Of a stretch of 64,000 nt of DNA, positions 18,394 through 27,045 are shown piece by piece (positions within the stretch are counted from its first letter, which is position 1; every line of letters starts with the position of its first letter). The stretch comes from Sphingomonadaceae bacterium (lineage in GTDB: Bacteria > Pseudomonadota > Alphaproteobacteria > Sphingomonadales > Sphingomonadaceae). A program made the translations under genes and the position numbers. The notes under the pieces were generated by a model. The model was not told the DNA's origin, searched no databases, and saw only the letters and a list, made by a program, of their open reading frames with translations. The DNA is taken from positions 82,176 through 146,175 of the forward strand of contig JBDHSK010000009.1 of assembly GCA_039808025.1 (NCBI GenBank), read 5' to 3'.

Positions 18394-20211
18394 ATGCCGA
18401 TCCGCCGACTGCCCTCGCATCTCGTTGACCGGATCGCCGCCGGCGAGGTGGTGGAACGGCCGGCGAGTGTGGTGAAAGAGCTGGTGGAAAACAGCCTTGA
18501 TGCCGGTGCCCGCCGTATCGAGGTGACGATCATCGGTGACGGCCAGCAGCGCATCCAAGTGGTAGATGACGGGCTGGGGATGACTCCGGCCGAGATGCGC
18601 CTCGCCGTTGAGCGCCACGCCACCTCAAAGCTGCCGGGCGACGATCTGCTGGCCATTAGCAGTTTCGGGTTTCGCGGCGAAGCATTGCCGGCGATTGCGT
18701 CGGTTGCCGATTTCGCGCTGGAATCACGTCCGCCCGGCGCTGACCAGGGGTGGCGGCTGCAACTGGCGGGCGGTGCGGTGCTTTTTGATGGCCCCGCCGG
18801 GTTGCCGGGTGGTACCCGCATCACTGTCGACCATCTGTTCGCCCGGGTGCCGGCCCGCGCCAAATTCCTGAAGTCTGAGCGCACCGAGGTTCAGGCGGTG
18901 GTCGATGTCGTGCGGCGGCTGGCGATGGCTCACCCCGAGGTGGCGTTCCGGCTGGTGGCCGATGGCAACCTGTTGATGGAGGCCAATAAGGCCGACGGTT
19001 CCGGTGTGGCGGGGCTGGCGCAGCGGGTGCTGGCATTGCTTCCGGCCGGTGCCGATATGGTGCCGGTGGATTTCCGCCGCGATGATCTCGAGATCGGCGG
19101 TCTGGCTGGTCTGCCCTCGGCCAGTCGCGCGACTTCCGAGCGGCAGTATCTGTTCGTCAATGGCCGGCCGGTGAAAGACCGGCTGCTGGTAGGGGCCTTG
19201 CGTGGCGCCTATACTGACCGGCTTCCTGCCGGCCGTCATGCCATGGCGGCGTTGTTTCTCACCCTGTCGCCAGCGATGGTTGATGTGAATGTGCACCCGG
19301 CCAAGGCCGAAGTGCGGTTTGCCGAACCGGCCCGCATTCGCGCCAGCCTGATCGTGGCCATCCGCGAGGCGCTGGAAGCAGGTGGAATCCGCCCATCTGC
19401 TGCATCGAGCGCGGCGTTGGCAAAGGCGCTGGATCCGGCACGGACGCAGCTGCATCTGGCCATGCCGGCCCGGCCCTTACCGCCGGTTGCCAGCGCCCCG
19501 ACAGCAGCGGCCAGCCCCGGCGTTGCCGAACCGGCCGCGGCCTTTGTGTCAACCATTCCGTTGCAGATGGCGGCAACGTCTGCGGAACCGCCTGCAGCTG
19601 TCGCTCTTGGGGGCGGCCCGCTGGGGGTGGCGCGCGGGCAGATCGCCAACACGTACATCATTGCCGAAAGCGCCGACGCACTGGTGCTGGTTGATCAGCA
19701 TGCCGCCCACGAACGGCTGGTGCTTGAGGCGATGCGTGGCCGCGCCGGGCCTCTGGCCGTGCAGCCTCTGCTGATTGCCGAGACGGTGACCCTTGACAGG
19801 GCTTCCTGTGCCCGACTGGAGGCAGCGGCGCCGCATTTGCTGGCCATGGGTGTGGAGATCGAGCGGTTCGGTGACGACAGCATGGTGGTGCGGTCACTTC
19901 CGGCACTTCTCGGGCACCCGGATTGCCGCCGGTTGTTGTCCGATATCGTCGATGAACTCGATGCGGCACTGACACCCGACAATGATGGCGCGCCCGCCGC
20001 CGAGGCAGTGGCCCGGCGCCTCGATCAGCTTGCCGCCACCATCGCCTGCCATGGCAGCGTGCGTGCCGGACGCGCCCTTGGCCTTGCCGAGATGAACGCG
20101 CTGTTGCGGCAGATGGAAGCCGTACCCGCTAGTGGCACCTGCAACCATGGCCGCCCCACGTTCCTGCGACTGGATAAAGCCGATCTCGAACGGCTGTTCC
20201 ACCGGCGCTAA
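18394..20211 (+). CDS. mutL: DNA mismatch repair protein MutL
   Basis: Track ORF trimmed to ATG 18394 (MPIRRLPSHLVDRIAAGEVVERPASVVKELVENSLDAG, GHKL ATPase). C-terminal CNHGRPT motif. Confidence 0.92.
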   Translation: MPIRRLPSHLVDRIAAGEVVERPASVVKELVENSLDAGARRIEVTIIGDGQQRIQVVDDGLGMTPAEMRLAVERHATSKLPGDDLLAISSFGFRGEALPAIASVADFALESRPPGADQGWRLQLAGGAVLFDGPAGLPGGTRITVDHLFARVPARAKFLKSERTEVQAVVDVVRRLAMAHPEVAFRLVADGNLLMEANKADGSGVAGLAQRVLALLPAGADMVPVDFRRDDLEIGGLAGLPSASRATSERQYLFVNGRPVKDRLLVGALRGAYTDRLPAGRHAMAALFLTLSPAMVDVNVHPAKAEVRFAEPARIRASLIVAIREALEAGGIRPSAASSAALAKALDPARTQLHLAMPARPLPPVASAPTAAASPGVAEPAAAFVSTIPLQMAATSAEPPAAVALGGGPLGVARGQIANTYIIAESADALVLVDQHAAHERLVLEAMRGRAGPLAVQPLLIAETVTLDRASCARLEAAAPHLLAMGVEIERFGDDSMVVRSLPALLGHPDCRRLLSDIVDELDAALTPDNDGAPAAEAVARRLDQLAATIACHGSVRAGRALGLAEMNALLRQMEAVPASGTCNHGRPTFLRLDKADLERLFHRR

Positions 20212-20313
20212 CGGCTCGTCGCAAAGGGGCGGAGGCATCCCGGCAATGGCTTGACAGCGGCGAAACCCTGCAGTTCTCATCAACTGCCGCAGTGCAGTAA
20301 CGGGGGGATACAG

Positions 20314-20919
20314 ATGAAATATGCGATCCTGATGCTGGGAGCAGCCGCCACTCTGGCCGCCTGTGCCAGTTCGCCACAGATGCCGCGCCCGCGTCCGGTT
20401 CCCGGAGTCATGCAGAGTTACCAGTGCTCCACCGGAGAGCGTGTCGATGTCAATTTCCTCATTCCGCAGGGCATTGCCCAGCTGCGGCGTGGTGGCGTCA
20501 CCACGGACCTCCACCGCACGTCGCATACACCGCCTACCTATCGGGGTGGGCCAACAACCATGGTGACCGATGCTGATCGGGGAAATATTACCCTGACGGT
20601 CGGCAGGATGGCACCGATGAACTGCTCCAACGTGCTTCGCCCCACCAACCCCATTGTGCCCCGGCCGCAACCCCCGGCTGGCCCCTCTGAAATTCGCACG
20701 AATTTTGCTTGCAACAATGGCGAGCGCATTGTTCTTCGCCGTATTCCCCATCAGGGAACCGCGGTGCTGGAGCGTGGTGGACAATCGGTAGAGCTGAACC
20801 GTCAGCGCACCCACAAGGGCTTCCTTTATTCAAACGGCCAGACCGAGGTGCGGGGCAATGGCCACACCATCACCATGACGGTCGGCAGGATGACGCCTGC
20901 CAGGTGCCGGGCGTTTTGA
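20314..20919 (+). CDS. Lipoprotein with two tandem MliC-like domains
   Basis: ATG 20314 preceded by gggggga. Lipobox LAAC. Two homologous Cys-bracketed modules of about 75 aa: YQCSTGERVDV...GRMAPMNC and FACNNGERIVL...GRMTPARC. Confidence 0.65.
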   Translation: MKYAILMLGAAATLAACASSPQMPRPRPVPGVMQSYQCSTGERVDVNFLIPQGIAQLRRGGVTTDLHRTSHTPPTYRGGPTTMVTDADRGNITLTVGRMAPMNCSNVLRPTNPIVPRPQPPAGPSEIRTNFACNNGERIVLRRIPHQGTAVLERGGQSVELNRQRTHKGFLYSNGQTEVRGNGHTITMTVGRMTPARCRAF

Positions 20920-20944
20920 TCACTGCTAAGGCAACAGTCTGATC

Positions 20945-21139
20945 ATGCAGAAGGCGGCATTGATCTCGGGTGCTGCCTTGCTGTTGCTTGGCGCCTGCAA
21001 CAAGCCGCCAGAAACGACGGTATCGGCAGACCCCCAGCCGGGCCAGACAGCGGTTGATGCCAATACCGCGACGCCGCCTGAGGGCATGACCCCGCCGACA
21101 GTTCCGGAGGATATCACTGCGCCAGCCCCTGGTACCTGA
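20945..21139 (+). CDS. Small Pro/Thr-rich lipoprotein
   Basis: Signal peptide plus lipobox LLGAC in an otherwise empty intergenic gap. No recognisable domain. Confidence 0.45.
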   Translation: MQKAALISGAALLLLGACNKPPETTVSADPQPGQTAVDANTATPPEGMTPPTVPEDITAPAPGT

Positions 21140-21257
21140 AACCGCAGCGTCAGCGGCCCCGTCCGCTGGCCCCGTCACCAAGTGATCTTGCCCTGGCGGC
21201 AAGGTATCCGAATGCCGCAGGCAAAGGCCAGAACAGGTATGCGACTTTACGGGGCGG

Positions 21258-21776
21258 TCACCCTTCGTCCTGCCGGTATTGCCGCCCCCGTTCAACATAG
21301 CTGGCCGCCCCCATGCGGTTGAAGGCGACTTCCTCGTCGCTCAGCAGCCGCACCTTGCGGGCCGGGCGGCCCAGCCACAGCTCGCGCGATCCGATGCGCT
21401 TGCCGGGCGACAACAACGACCCGGCCCCCAGCATGCCGTCGGGTTCCACCACGCAGCCATCCATGACGATGGCGCCAAGCCCCACGAAGGCATGATCCAT
21501 CAGCGTGCAGCCGTGAAGAAGCGCCATGTGGCCGACCAGCACGTCGTTGCCGATGGTGGTTGCCGCCAGCGTATGGGTGACGTGCACCACCGAGCCGTCC
21601 TGGATGTTCGAGCGTTCGCCGATACGAATGGGCATGTCGTCGCCGCGGATCACCACATTGTACCAGACAGACGAATCGGCGCCGATCTCGACATCGCCGA
21701 TTACATGGGCGCCGGGGGCAATCCAGACATCCCGGTGGATCTTCGGCAATCTGCCGGCCTGACGGTGTACGGGCAT
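21258..21776 (-). CDS. Gamma-class carbonic anhydrase-like hexapeptide-repeat protein
   Basis: Left-handed beta-helix repeats (IAPGAHVIGDVEIGADSSVWYNVVIRGD...IGERSNIQDGSVVHV). 1-nt TGATG overlap with the upstream GNAT gene. Confidence 0.85.
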   Translation of the reverse strand: MPVHRQAGRLPKIHRDVWIAPGAHVIGDVEIGADSSVWYNVVIRGDDMPIRIGERSNIQDGSVVHVTHTLAATTIGNDVLVGHMALLHGCTLMDHAFVGLGAIVMDGCVVEPDGMLGAGSLLSPGKRIGSRELWLGRPARKVRLLSDEEVAFNRMGAASYVERGRQYRQDEG

Positions 21777-22297
21777 CAGTTGGCCTCTTTCACATAGACG
21801 ATATGACGTTCGAGCGGGCTTCCGGGGAGGTCGGGATGGTTGAAATCAAGGTGTGGCGTCCGTTCCATACCCAGCCGGATCATCAGCCCCCAGGATTCGC
21901 GGTTGGCGGGCACGGTCATGGCGATCACCCGGGGGGCAAGCGTAAGGCCGTGGGCGAGAACGGCTTCTGCGGCTTCGCGGGCATAGCCCCGGCCATGAAA
22001 CGGGGTGCGAAAGGCCCAGCCGATCTCGATATCGCTTGGCTCGGGCCACGGCACGGTCAGCGGTTTCAGCCCGCAGTTCCCGATAACCTCGTGGTCGGAT
22101 TTGCGTTCAACGGCCCAGAAGGTGAAGCCGTGGTCGCGTTCATAGCCGGCCATGCGTTCAAGCTTGGCGTCGCACTCTTCGGCGCTCATCAGCTTGGGGA
22201 ACCAGCGCATCACCAGCGGGTCGGCGTTCATGGCGTGGAAGATGGGGCGGTCACGCGGCTCCCAGCGACGCAGAACAAGGCGTTCGGTTTCGATCAT
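21776..22297 (-). CDS. GNAT family N-acetyltransferase (RimJ/RimL-like)
   Basis: TERLVLRRWEPRD N-terminus and the GRGYAREAAEAV acetyl-CoA binding motif. ATGA overlap with argC. Confidence 0.85.
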   Translation of the reverse strand: MIETERLVLRRWEPRDRPIFHAMNADPLVMRWFPKLMSAEECDAKLERMAGYERDHGFTFWAVERKSDHEVIGNCGLKPLTVPWPEPSDIEIGWAFRTPFHGRGYAREAAEAVLAHGLTLAPRVIAMTVPANRESWGLMIRLGMERTPHLDFNHPDLPGSPLERHIVYVKEAN

Positions 22298-23334
22298 GGG
22301 AATAACGGGGCTGCTTCGAGCCCGGCGTTTTCCGGCAACCCGAACATCAGGTTCATGTTCTGGATGGCCTGCCCCGACGAACCTTTGACGAGATTGTCGA
22401 TGGCGGCAATCACCAGCGCCCGGCCGGGGATGCGGTCAGCAAACACGTTCACGACCATGTGGTTCGAGCCGCGCACCATGCGGGTGGCAGGCGCCACACC
22501 TTCGGGCAGAAGGTGCACGAACGGTTCATCGGCATAGCGACGTTCAAGGCACGCCCGCAGGTCGTCAGGGGTGTGGCCATCGGCCAGTTCCACAGTGATG
22601 GTTTCCAGTTCGCCACGGTTCATCGGCAGCAGATGCGGCGTGAAGCTGATGGTGACGGCCCCGCCGAACGCCTTGCCCAGTTCCTGTTCGATTTCGGGCA
22701 TGTGGCGGTGACGGCCGATGGCATAGGGGGCGACGGCTTCCGCCACTTCCGCATAGAGGTTGGTTTCCTTCAGGCTGCGCCCGGCGCCAGACACCCCTGA
22801 AAGCGCGTTGATAGTGATGTTGGCAGGGCGGATGAGCCGCGCGGCGGCCAGAGGCAGCAATGCCAGCAGCGCTGCCGTCGGGTAGCAGCCGGGGCATGCC
22901 ACCAGCCGGGCGGCAGGCAGGCGGTCGCGCGCCACTTCACTTAGCCCGTAAACAGTCTGCGACAACAGATGCGGTGCCGGATGGGTGTTGCCGTAATAGT
23001 CGTGATAGGTCGCCGGGTCGTTCAGGCGGAAATCAGCTGACAGGTCGATGATGCGGTGATCGGTCAGCGTGGAAAGAAGCTCTGCCGAGGCCCCGTGTGG
23101 CAGACACCCGAACACCACATCGATACTTGTCCAGTCGATGTCTTGTGCCTTCACCAGTGCCGGAAGGCGCGGGTAGGGGGCAAAATGCGGCCAGATATCC
23201 GTCATCGCCTGCCCGGCCTTCTGGTTGGCGGCCAGTGCGGCGATCTCGATATGGGGGTGGGTAAGTGCGAGGCGCACCAGATCGGCCCCCGTATAGCCCG
23301 AAGCCCCCAGAATGGCGATGCGTAACCTGTTCAT
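22294..23334 (-). CDS. argC: N-acetyl-gamma-glutamyl-phosphate reductase
   Basis: IAILGASGYTGADLVRL NAD-binding N-terminus and the active-site region ACPGCYPTA. Confidence 0.9.
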   Translation of the reverse strand: MNRLRIAILGASGYTGADLVRLALTHPHIEIAALAANQKAGQAMTDIWPHFAPYPRLPALVKAQDIDWTSIDVVFGCLPHGASAELLSTLTDHRIIDLSADFRLNDPATYHDYYGNTHPAPHLLSQTVYGLSEVARDRLPAARLVACPGCYPTAALLALLPLAAARLIRPANITINALSGVSGAGRSLKETNLYAEVAEAVAPYAIGRHRHMPEIEQELGKAFGGAVTISFTPHLLPMNRGELETITVELADGHTPDDLRACLERRYADEPFVHLLPEGVAPATRMVRGSNHMVVNVFADRIPGRALVIAAIDNLVKGSSGQAIQNMNLMFGLPENAGLEAAPLFP

Positions 23335-23377
23335 GCAATGGCCTTAGGCGTTTGTAGCGCTTGTCTCAATCCTGTGC

Positions 23378-25672
23378 TCACTCTTTCCAGAAGGGCTTGA
23401 GGACCGGGATGATCGATGCGAACTCGTCGGTCCATCCGGGCACGTCAGCCTGTGTGCGCAGCGGCAGCCACTGGCTGCTGTCTCCGGTTGCTTCGGTAAA
23501 ATTGGTCATGTCGTCTTCGGTTCGCGACAGGGCGATCCAGATGGATGCATTGTAACCGAGGCTGACGTCGCTGTCTTTGGGGGCATAAACCAGTTGCCGG
23601 GCGGTCAGCCCCAGATCGCGGGCAATGGCGGCCACCACAGGTTCGAGATCGAGAAAGCGGTTCGAGATGTGCACCATCAGTATCCCGTGACGGGACAGGG
23701 TGCGGAAATAGGTTTCAAAAGCTTCGCGCGTCAGCAGATGCAGCGGGATGGCATCCGAGGAAAAGGCGTCGATCGCCAGCAGGTCGAAACGATTGGCGGG
23801 CTGTTCGGCCAGCTTGAGACGGGCGTCACCCACAATGATCCGCAGATCAGGCCGGCATTGCGACACGAACGAAAATACTGCCGGGTTGGTGGCCAGCCTG
23901 ACAACCATCGGGTCGATTTCAAAGACCGTCCAGTCTTCCAGAGGGCTGGCGTAGCAGACGAGACTGCCGGTTCCCAGCCCGACCACGGCGATACGTGCAC
24001 GGGCGCCAAACAGGGTCGATGCCGACCGCATGGCCTGACCAATGCCCGAATCGGGGGCGTAATAAGTCATGGGCTGGCGCGAGAACCCTGGGTCAAGCGA
24101 CTGCGCACCGTGAAGGGTCGTTCCGTGCAACAGACGCCGGGTTTTCAGCATATTGCTGTTTTCAATGGTATAGATGCCGAAAAAGCTGCGTTGACGCGCG
24201 CCCTTGATGGTCGAGATGTCGATCTGTTGCCAGCCGCCGAAAGCCAGCATCAGCATCATCAATCCCCAGGTGAACTGCAGCGGACGGCCGATTGCCAGAA
24301 TGGTGATCGTCACCATGACCAGCAGGGCGATAGCCTGCGCCGGTGGCGGATCAAGCAGATCGAGGCTGGCCCCCAGCCACCAGCTGAGAACCAGCAGCAG
24401 CGGCGGTGACAGGATGCGCAGCGCCCGGGCCGGCAGCCGGTTGCCAACCCACAGATTGCCAATGGCTGCCGTCAGCGGCCGTGCCGGGACGAGGAGCGCC
24501 GCCGCCAACAGCAGGATCGGGTGCTCGTAGACCCAATCGAACAGCTCGGGCGCCACCAGAGCCGCGAACACCCCGCCCACCACCCCGCCCACCGACATCA
24601 GCAGATAATAGCCGGTAAGCTGGGCAGCGGGCGGACGGTCAAGCGCCAGTGTGCCATGCAGTGCCACTGCCACCACGAACAGCAGCGCGATCGAGAACAT
24701 GCCGAACACAGTGGCTGCCATTCCGGCCAGCAGCACGTTGGCAACGCCGAACACCAGCAGGGCTGCCGGTGCCGCAAGCACCGCCAGCCGGGTGGCCATC
24801 GGGCCGGCGCCAGAGAAAGCCAGAATGAAGCTGAGGAGGTAAGCCGTAAGCGGCAGCACCCACAACAGCGGCATGGCCATGATATCGGTGGTGATGTGGG
24901 TGGTGGTAGACAGCATCAGCCCGGATGGCACGGCGGCCAGCGCCACCCAGTACAGCCGCCGCGGCCAGGTAACCGGGCGGGCGCCCCGCGCCGTGACAGT
25001 ATCGGGAACGGTGGCAGGTGGATGGTCGCCGGTACGGACGATGGCGAAGGCGCAGCCCACCGTAAGCGCGAGCAGAACGACATAGCCTGCAGACCACAGG
25101 TGTTGCTGAAAACCGAGGGTGGTGAACGGCTCGAGCAGGAAAGGGTAAGCGAGCAGGCCAGCCAGAGACCCGAAGTTCGAAGCAGCATACAGGAAGAAGG
25201 GGCTGGCGGCCGACTTGTCGGCCGATCGGGCGAACCAGGCCTGCATCAGCGGCGCCTGGGCAGCGACCATCACGAATACCGGACCGATCGACACCATCAG
25301 CAGTTTCAGAAGCCACCAGACGGCAGTGTCGCCGGTAGCCGGATCGGCAAAGCGGGCGATTCCGATCGGCAGGGTGAGGGCTGCCAGTGTGAACAACGGC
25401 ACATGCACCATGGCCTGGGTGCGAAACGGCAGCCGTTGCAGACCATGGGCATAGGTATACCCCAGCAGCAGGGCCGACTGGTAGAACAGCATGGCCGTGT
25501 TCCAGACGCTGGGCGAGCCGCCCAGCACCGGCAGGACCAGACGGGCGAACAGCGGCTGGATGAGGAACAGCAGGAAACTGCCGGTAACAAGGGTGGCAAT
25601 GAAGAGCGACCGCAGGCTGCGCCCGGCAGTTCGGGTATCTCCCATGGCGGCCACAGGGGTGGTTGCCGGCAT
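23378..25672 (-). CDS. Polytopic membrane protein fused to a spermidine-synthase-like methyltransferase-fold domain
   Basis: About 500 aa of TM helices, then VVGLGTGSL...FEIDP...IVGDARL...FDLLAIDAFSSD. Start chosen at Met18 (ATG 25672, TGATG overlap with the ogt stop). Met1 at 25723 is also possible. Confidence 0.7.
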   Translation of the reverse strand: MPATTPVAAMGDTRTAGRSLRSLFIATLVTGSFLLFLIQPLFARLVLPVLGGSPSVWNTAMLFYQSALLLGYTYAHGLQRLPFRTQAMVHVPLFTLAALTLPIGIARFADPATGDTAVWWLLKLLMVSIGPVFVMVAAQAPLMQAWFARSADKSAASPFFLYAASNFGSLAGLLAYPFLLEPFTTLGFQQHLWSAGYVVLLALTVGCAFAIVRTGDHPPATVPDTVTARGARPVTWPRRLYWVALAAVPSGLMLSTTTHITTDIMAMPLLWVLPLTAYLLSFILAFSGAGPMATRLAVLAAPAALLVFGVANVLLAGMAATVFGMFSIALLFVVAVALHGTLALDRPPAAQLTGYYLLMSVGGVVGGVFAALVAPELFDWVYEHPILLLAAALLVPARPLTAAIGNLWVGNRLPARALRILSPPLLLVLSWWLGASLDLLDPPPAQAIALLVMVTITILAIGRPLQFTWGLMMLMLAFGGWQQIDISTIKGARQRSFFGIYTIENSNMLKTRRLLHGTTLHGAQSLDPGFSRQPMTYYAPDSGIGQAMRSASTLFGARARIAVVGLGTGSLVCYASPLEDWTVFEIDPMVVRLATNPAVFSFVSQCRPDLRIIVGDARLKLAEQPANRFDLLAIDAFSSDAIPLHLLTREAFETYFRTLSRHGILMVHISNRFLDLEPVVAAIARDLGLTARQLVYAPKDSDVSLGYNASIWIALSRTEDDMTNFTEATGDSSQWLPLRTQADVPGWTDEFASIIPVLKPFWKE

Positions 25673-26199
25673 CACAGCATCCTTTCCTGGCGGGGTGCCC
25701 AGCCTTCGTGACGCAGCAGCCATTCCTTGCGGTGCAGACCGCCGGCATAGCCGGTGAGGCTGCCATCGGCACCAATCACCCGATGGCAGGGTACGACGAT
25801 GGCAAGAGGGTTGCGGCTGTTGGCGACCCCCACCGCGCGGCTCGCCCCCGGCTCACCGAGTTGTCTGGCAATTTCTGCGTAGCTGCGGGTGGAGCCAGCC
25901 GGAATGGTGCGCAGTTCCCGCCATACCCGGCGCTCGAACGCTGACCCGACCGCGCCGGTTTCAATGGCGGCAAGTGCCTGCAGATCACCGCCGAAATATG
26001 CGTTGAACGCCTGTTGCAGGGGCGCAGGCAGCGGAGCGTAAGTGACGGGTGCGGGAAAATAGCGGTGGAGGGTGGTTTGCAGGCGATCAGGGGTTTCGGA
26101 AAATTCAGCCGCCCACAACAGGCCGTTGCCGTCGTGCAGCAGCGTCATGACGCCGATAGGCGTATCCAGTGTCGAAGCGCCCAGCATCTGATCCAGCAT
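25672..26199 (-). CDS. ogt: Methylated-DNA--protein-cysteine methyltransferase
   Basis: Active-site motif PCHRV within IVVPCHRVIGADGSLTGYAGG. Confidence 0.9.
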   Translation of the reverse strand: MLDQMLGASTLDTPIGVMTLLHDGNGLLWAAEFSETPDRLQTTLHRYFPAPVTYAPLPAPLQQAFNAYFGGDLQALAAIETGAVGSAFERRVWRELRTIPAGSTRSYAEIARQLGEPGASRAVGVANSRNPLAIVVPCHRVIGADGSLTGYAGGLHRKEWLLRHEGWAPRQERML

Positions 26200-26404
26200 C
26201 TGATGTGGTATAGCCTATCTGTACGGGCCGACCAGTGGGAGATTATGTGCAAGCAACCGAGAGAGGGAGCGCCTGCCTGACTATGGTTCTGCCTTTTTCA
26301 GACGATATGGCGACCGCCTGATGGGGACCCTTGGCCGGACCTTCTGTGTGGGGAACTCCAGCCGCGATCCAGCAACACACATTGTGCCAGAACGCAGTGC
26401 CCTG

Positions 26405-26440
26405 TGGGGAGCCGGGTGGGGAGCCGGATGGGGAGCCGGG
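26405..26440. repeat. 12-bp tandem repeat x3 (tggggagccggg / tggggagccgga / tggggagccggg)
   Basis: Read directly in the 424-bp intergenic region between ogt and the PEP-CTERM gene. Confidence 0.9.
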
Positions 26441-26623
26441 CACGCAGTTTGCGCACAACAGGGGAGGCCCAAGAACTGGGGAGTCGCGAAAAGCGGAACA
26501 GGTATCGATCCGTTACCCGGGCCGGTTATCCGGAACCCGTGCTTCGTACTTTGGGTAACATGACCCATGCTCGGGCGGCTGATCAGCAGGTCAGCGCCCG
26601 TCAGGCGGCCCGTTTGTAAGGCG

Positions 26624-26899
26624 TCAGTCGAGTTTGTGGGTCAGACCGCGCCGCTGACGGCGGACAATCGCGCCCACCAGCCCGAAACCGGTGATCAGCA
26701 GCGCCCAGGTTGCAGGCTCCGGCACGACGGCATTCGGCCCAGGTCCGTTAATGAGGATGATGGGATGTTCGGCAATGAAAGTGTTTAGCCCAGGTCTGGA
26801 AGACGTGCTGTCACTGTCTGGCGAGGGGGTGGAAATGGCCGCCATCGCCGGCGATGTCAGCAGCACGGCGCAGGCGGCAAGAGCAAGAGTCCTGATCAT
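26624..26899 (-). CDS. Mini PEP-CTERM sorting-domain protein
   Basis: Trimmed to ATG 26899 (signal peptide MIRTLALAACAVLLTSPAMA). C-terminal VPEPATWALLITGFGLVGAIVRRQRR gives the PEP motif, a TM helix and a basic cluster. Confidence 0.7.
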   Translation of the reverse strand: MIRTLALAACAVLLTSPAMAAISTPSPDSDSTSSRPGLNTFIAEHPIILINGPGPNAVVPEPATWALLITGFGLVGAIVRRQRRGLTHKLD

Positions 26900-27045
26900 A
26901 ATGGCTCCCCTGAAAGAAAAGAATCCCTTCCCGAAGGATGCCACATAACAGATTATGGTTAATCAACACAAGCGCAAAGTTATAAATTAACTGACATTTC
27001 TGATATGTAACAGAGGTCTGGTCTTTGGTATCCACGCGCCTGATG

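Noticed and set aside
21774-21778. 1-nt TGATG stop/start overlaps (GNAT/gamma-CA at 21776, folE/rimO at 28395, ogt/membrane protein at 25672). Considered as a special signal.
   Set aside because: This is ordinary translational coupling in compact high-G+C operons and is not remarkable by itself.
26405-26440. The 12-bp repeat here and the 15-bp repeat at 51634-51675, considered as CRISPR arrays.
   Set aside because: The repeats are directly adjacent with no spacers, are much shorter than CRISPR repeats, and no cas genes are present.
26281-26568. 95-aa ORF (minus strand) and overlapping plus-strand ORFs that encode PAPHPAPHPAPH / GEPGGEPDGEPG.
   Set aside because: They exist only because the 12-bp tandem repeat keeps the frames open. 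They have no start context or RBS and no other protein-like features.
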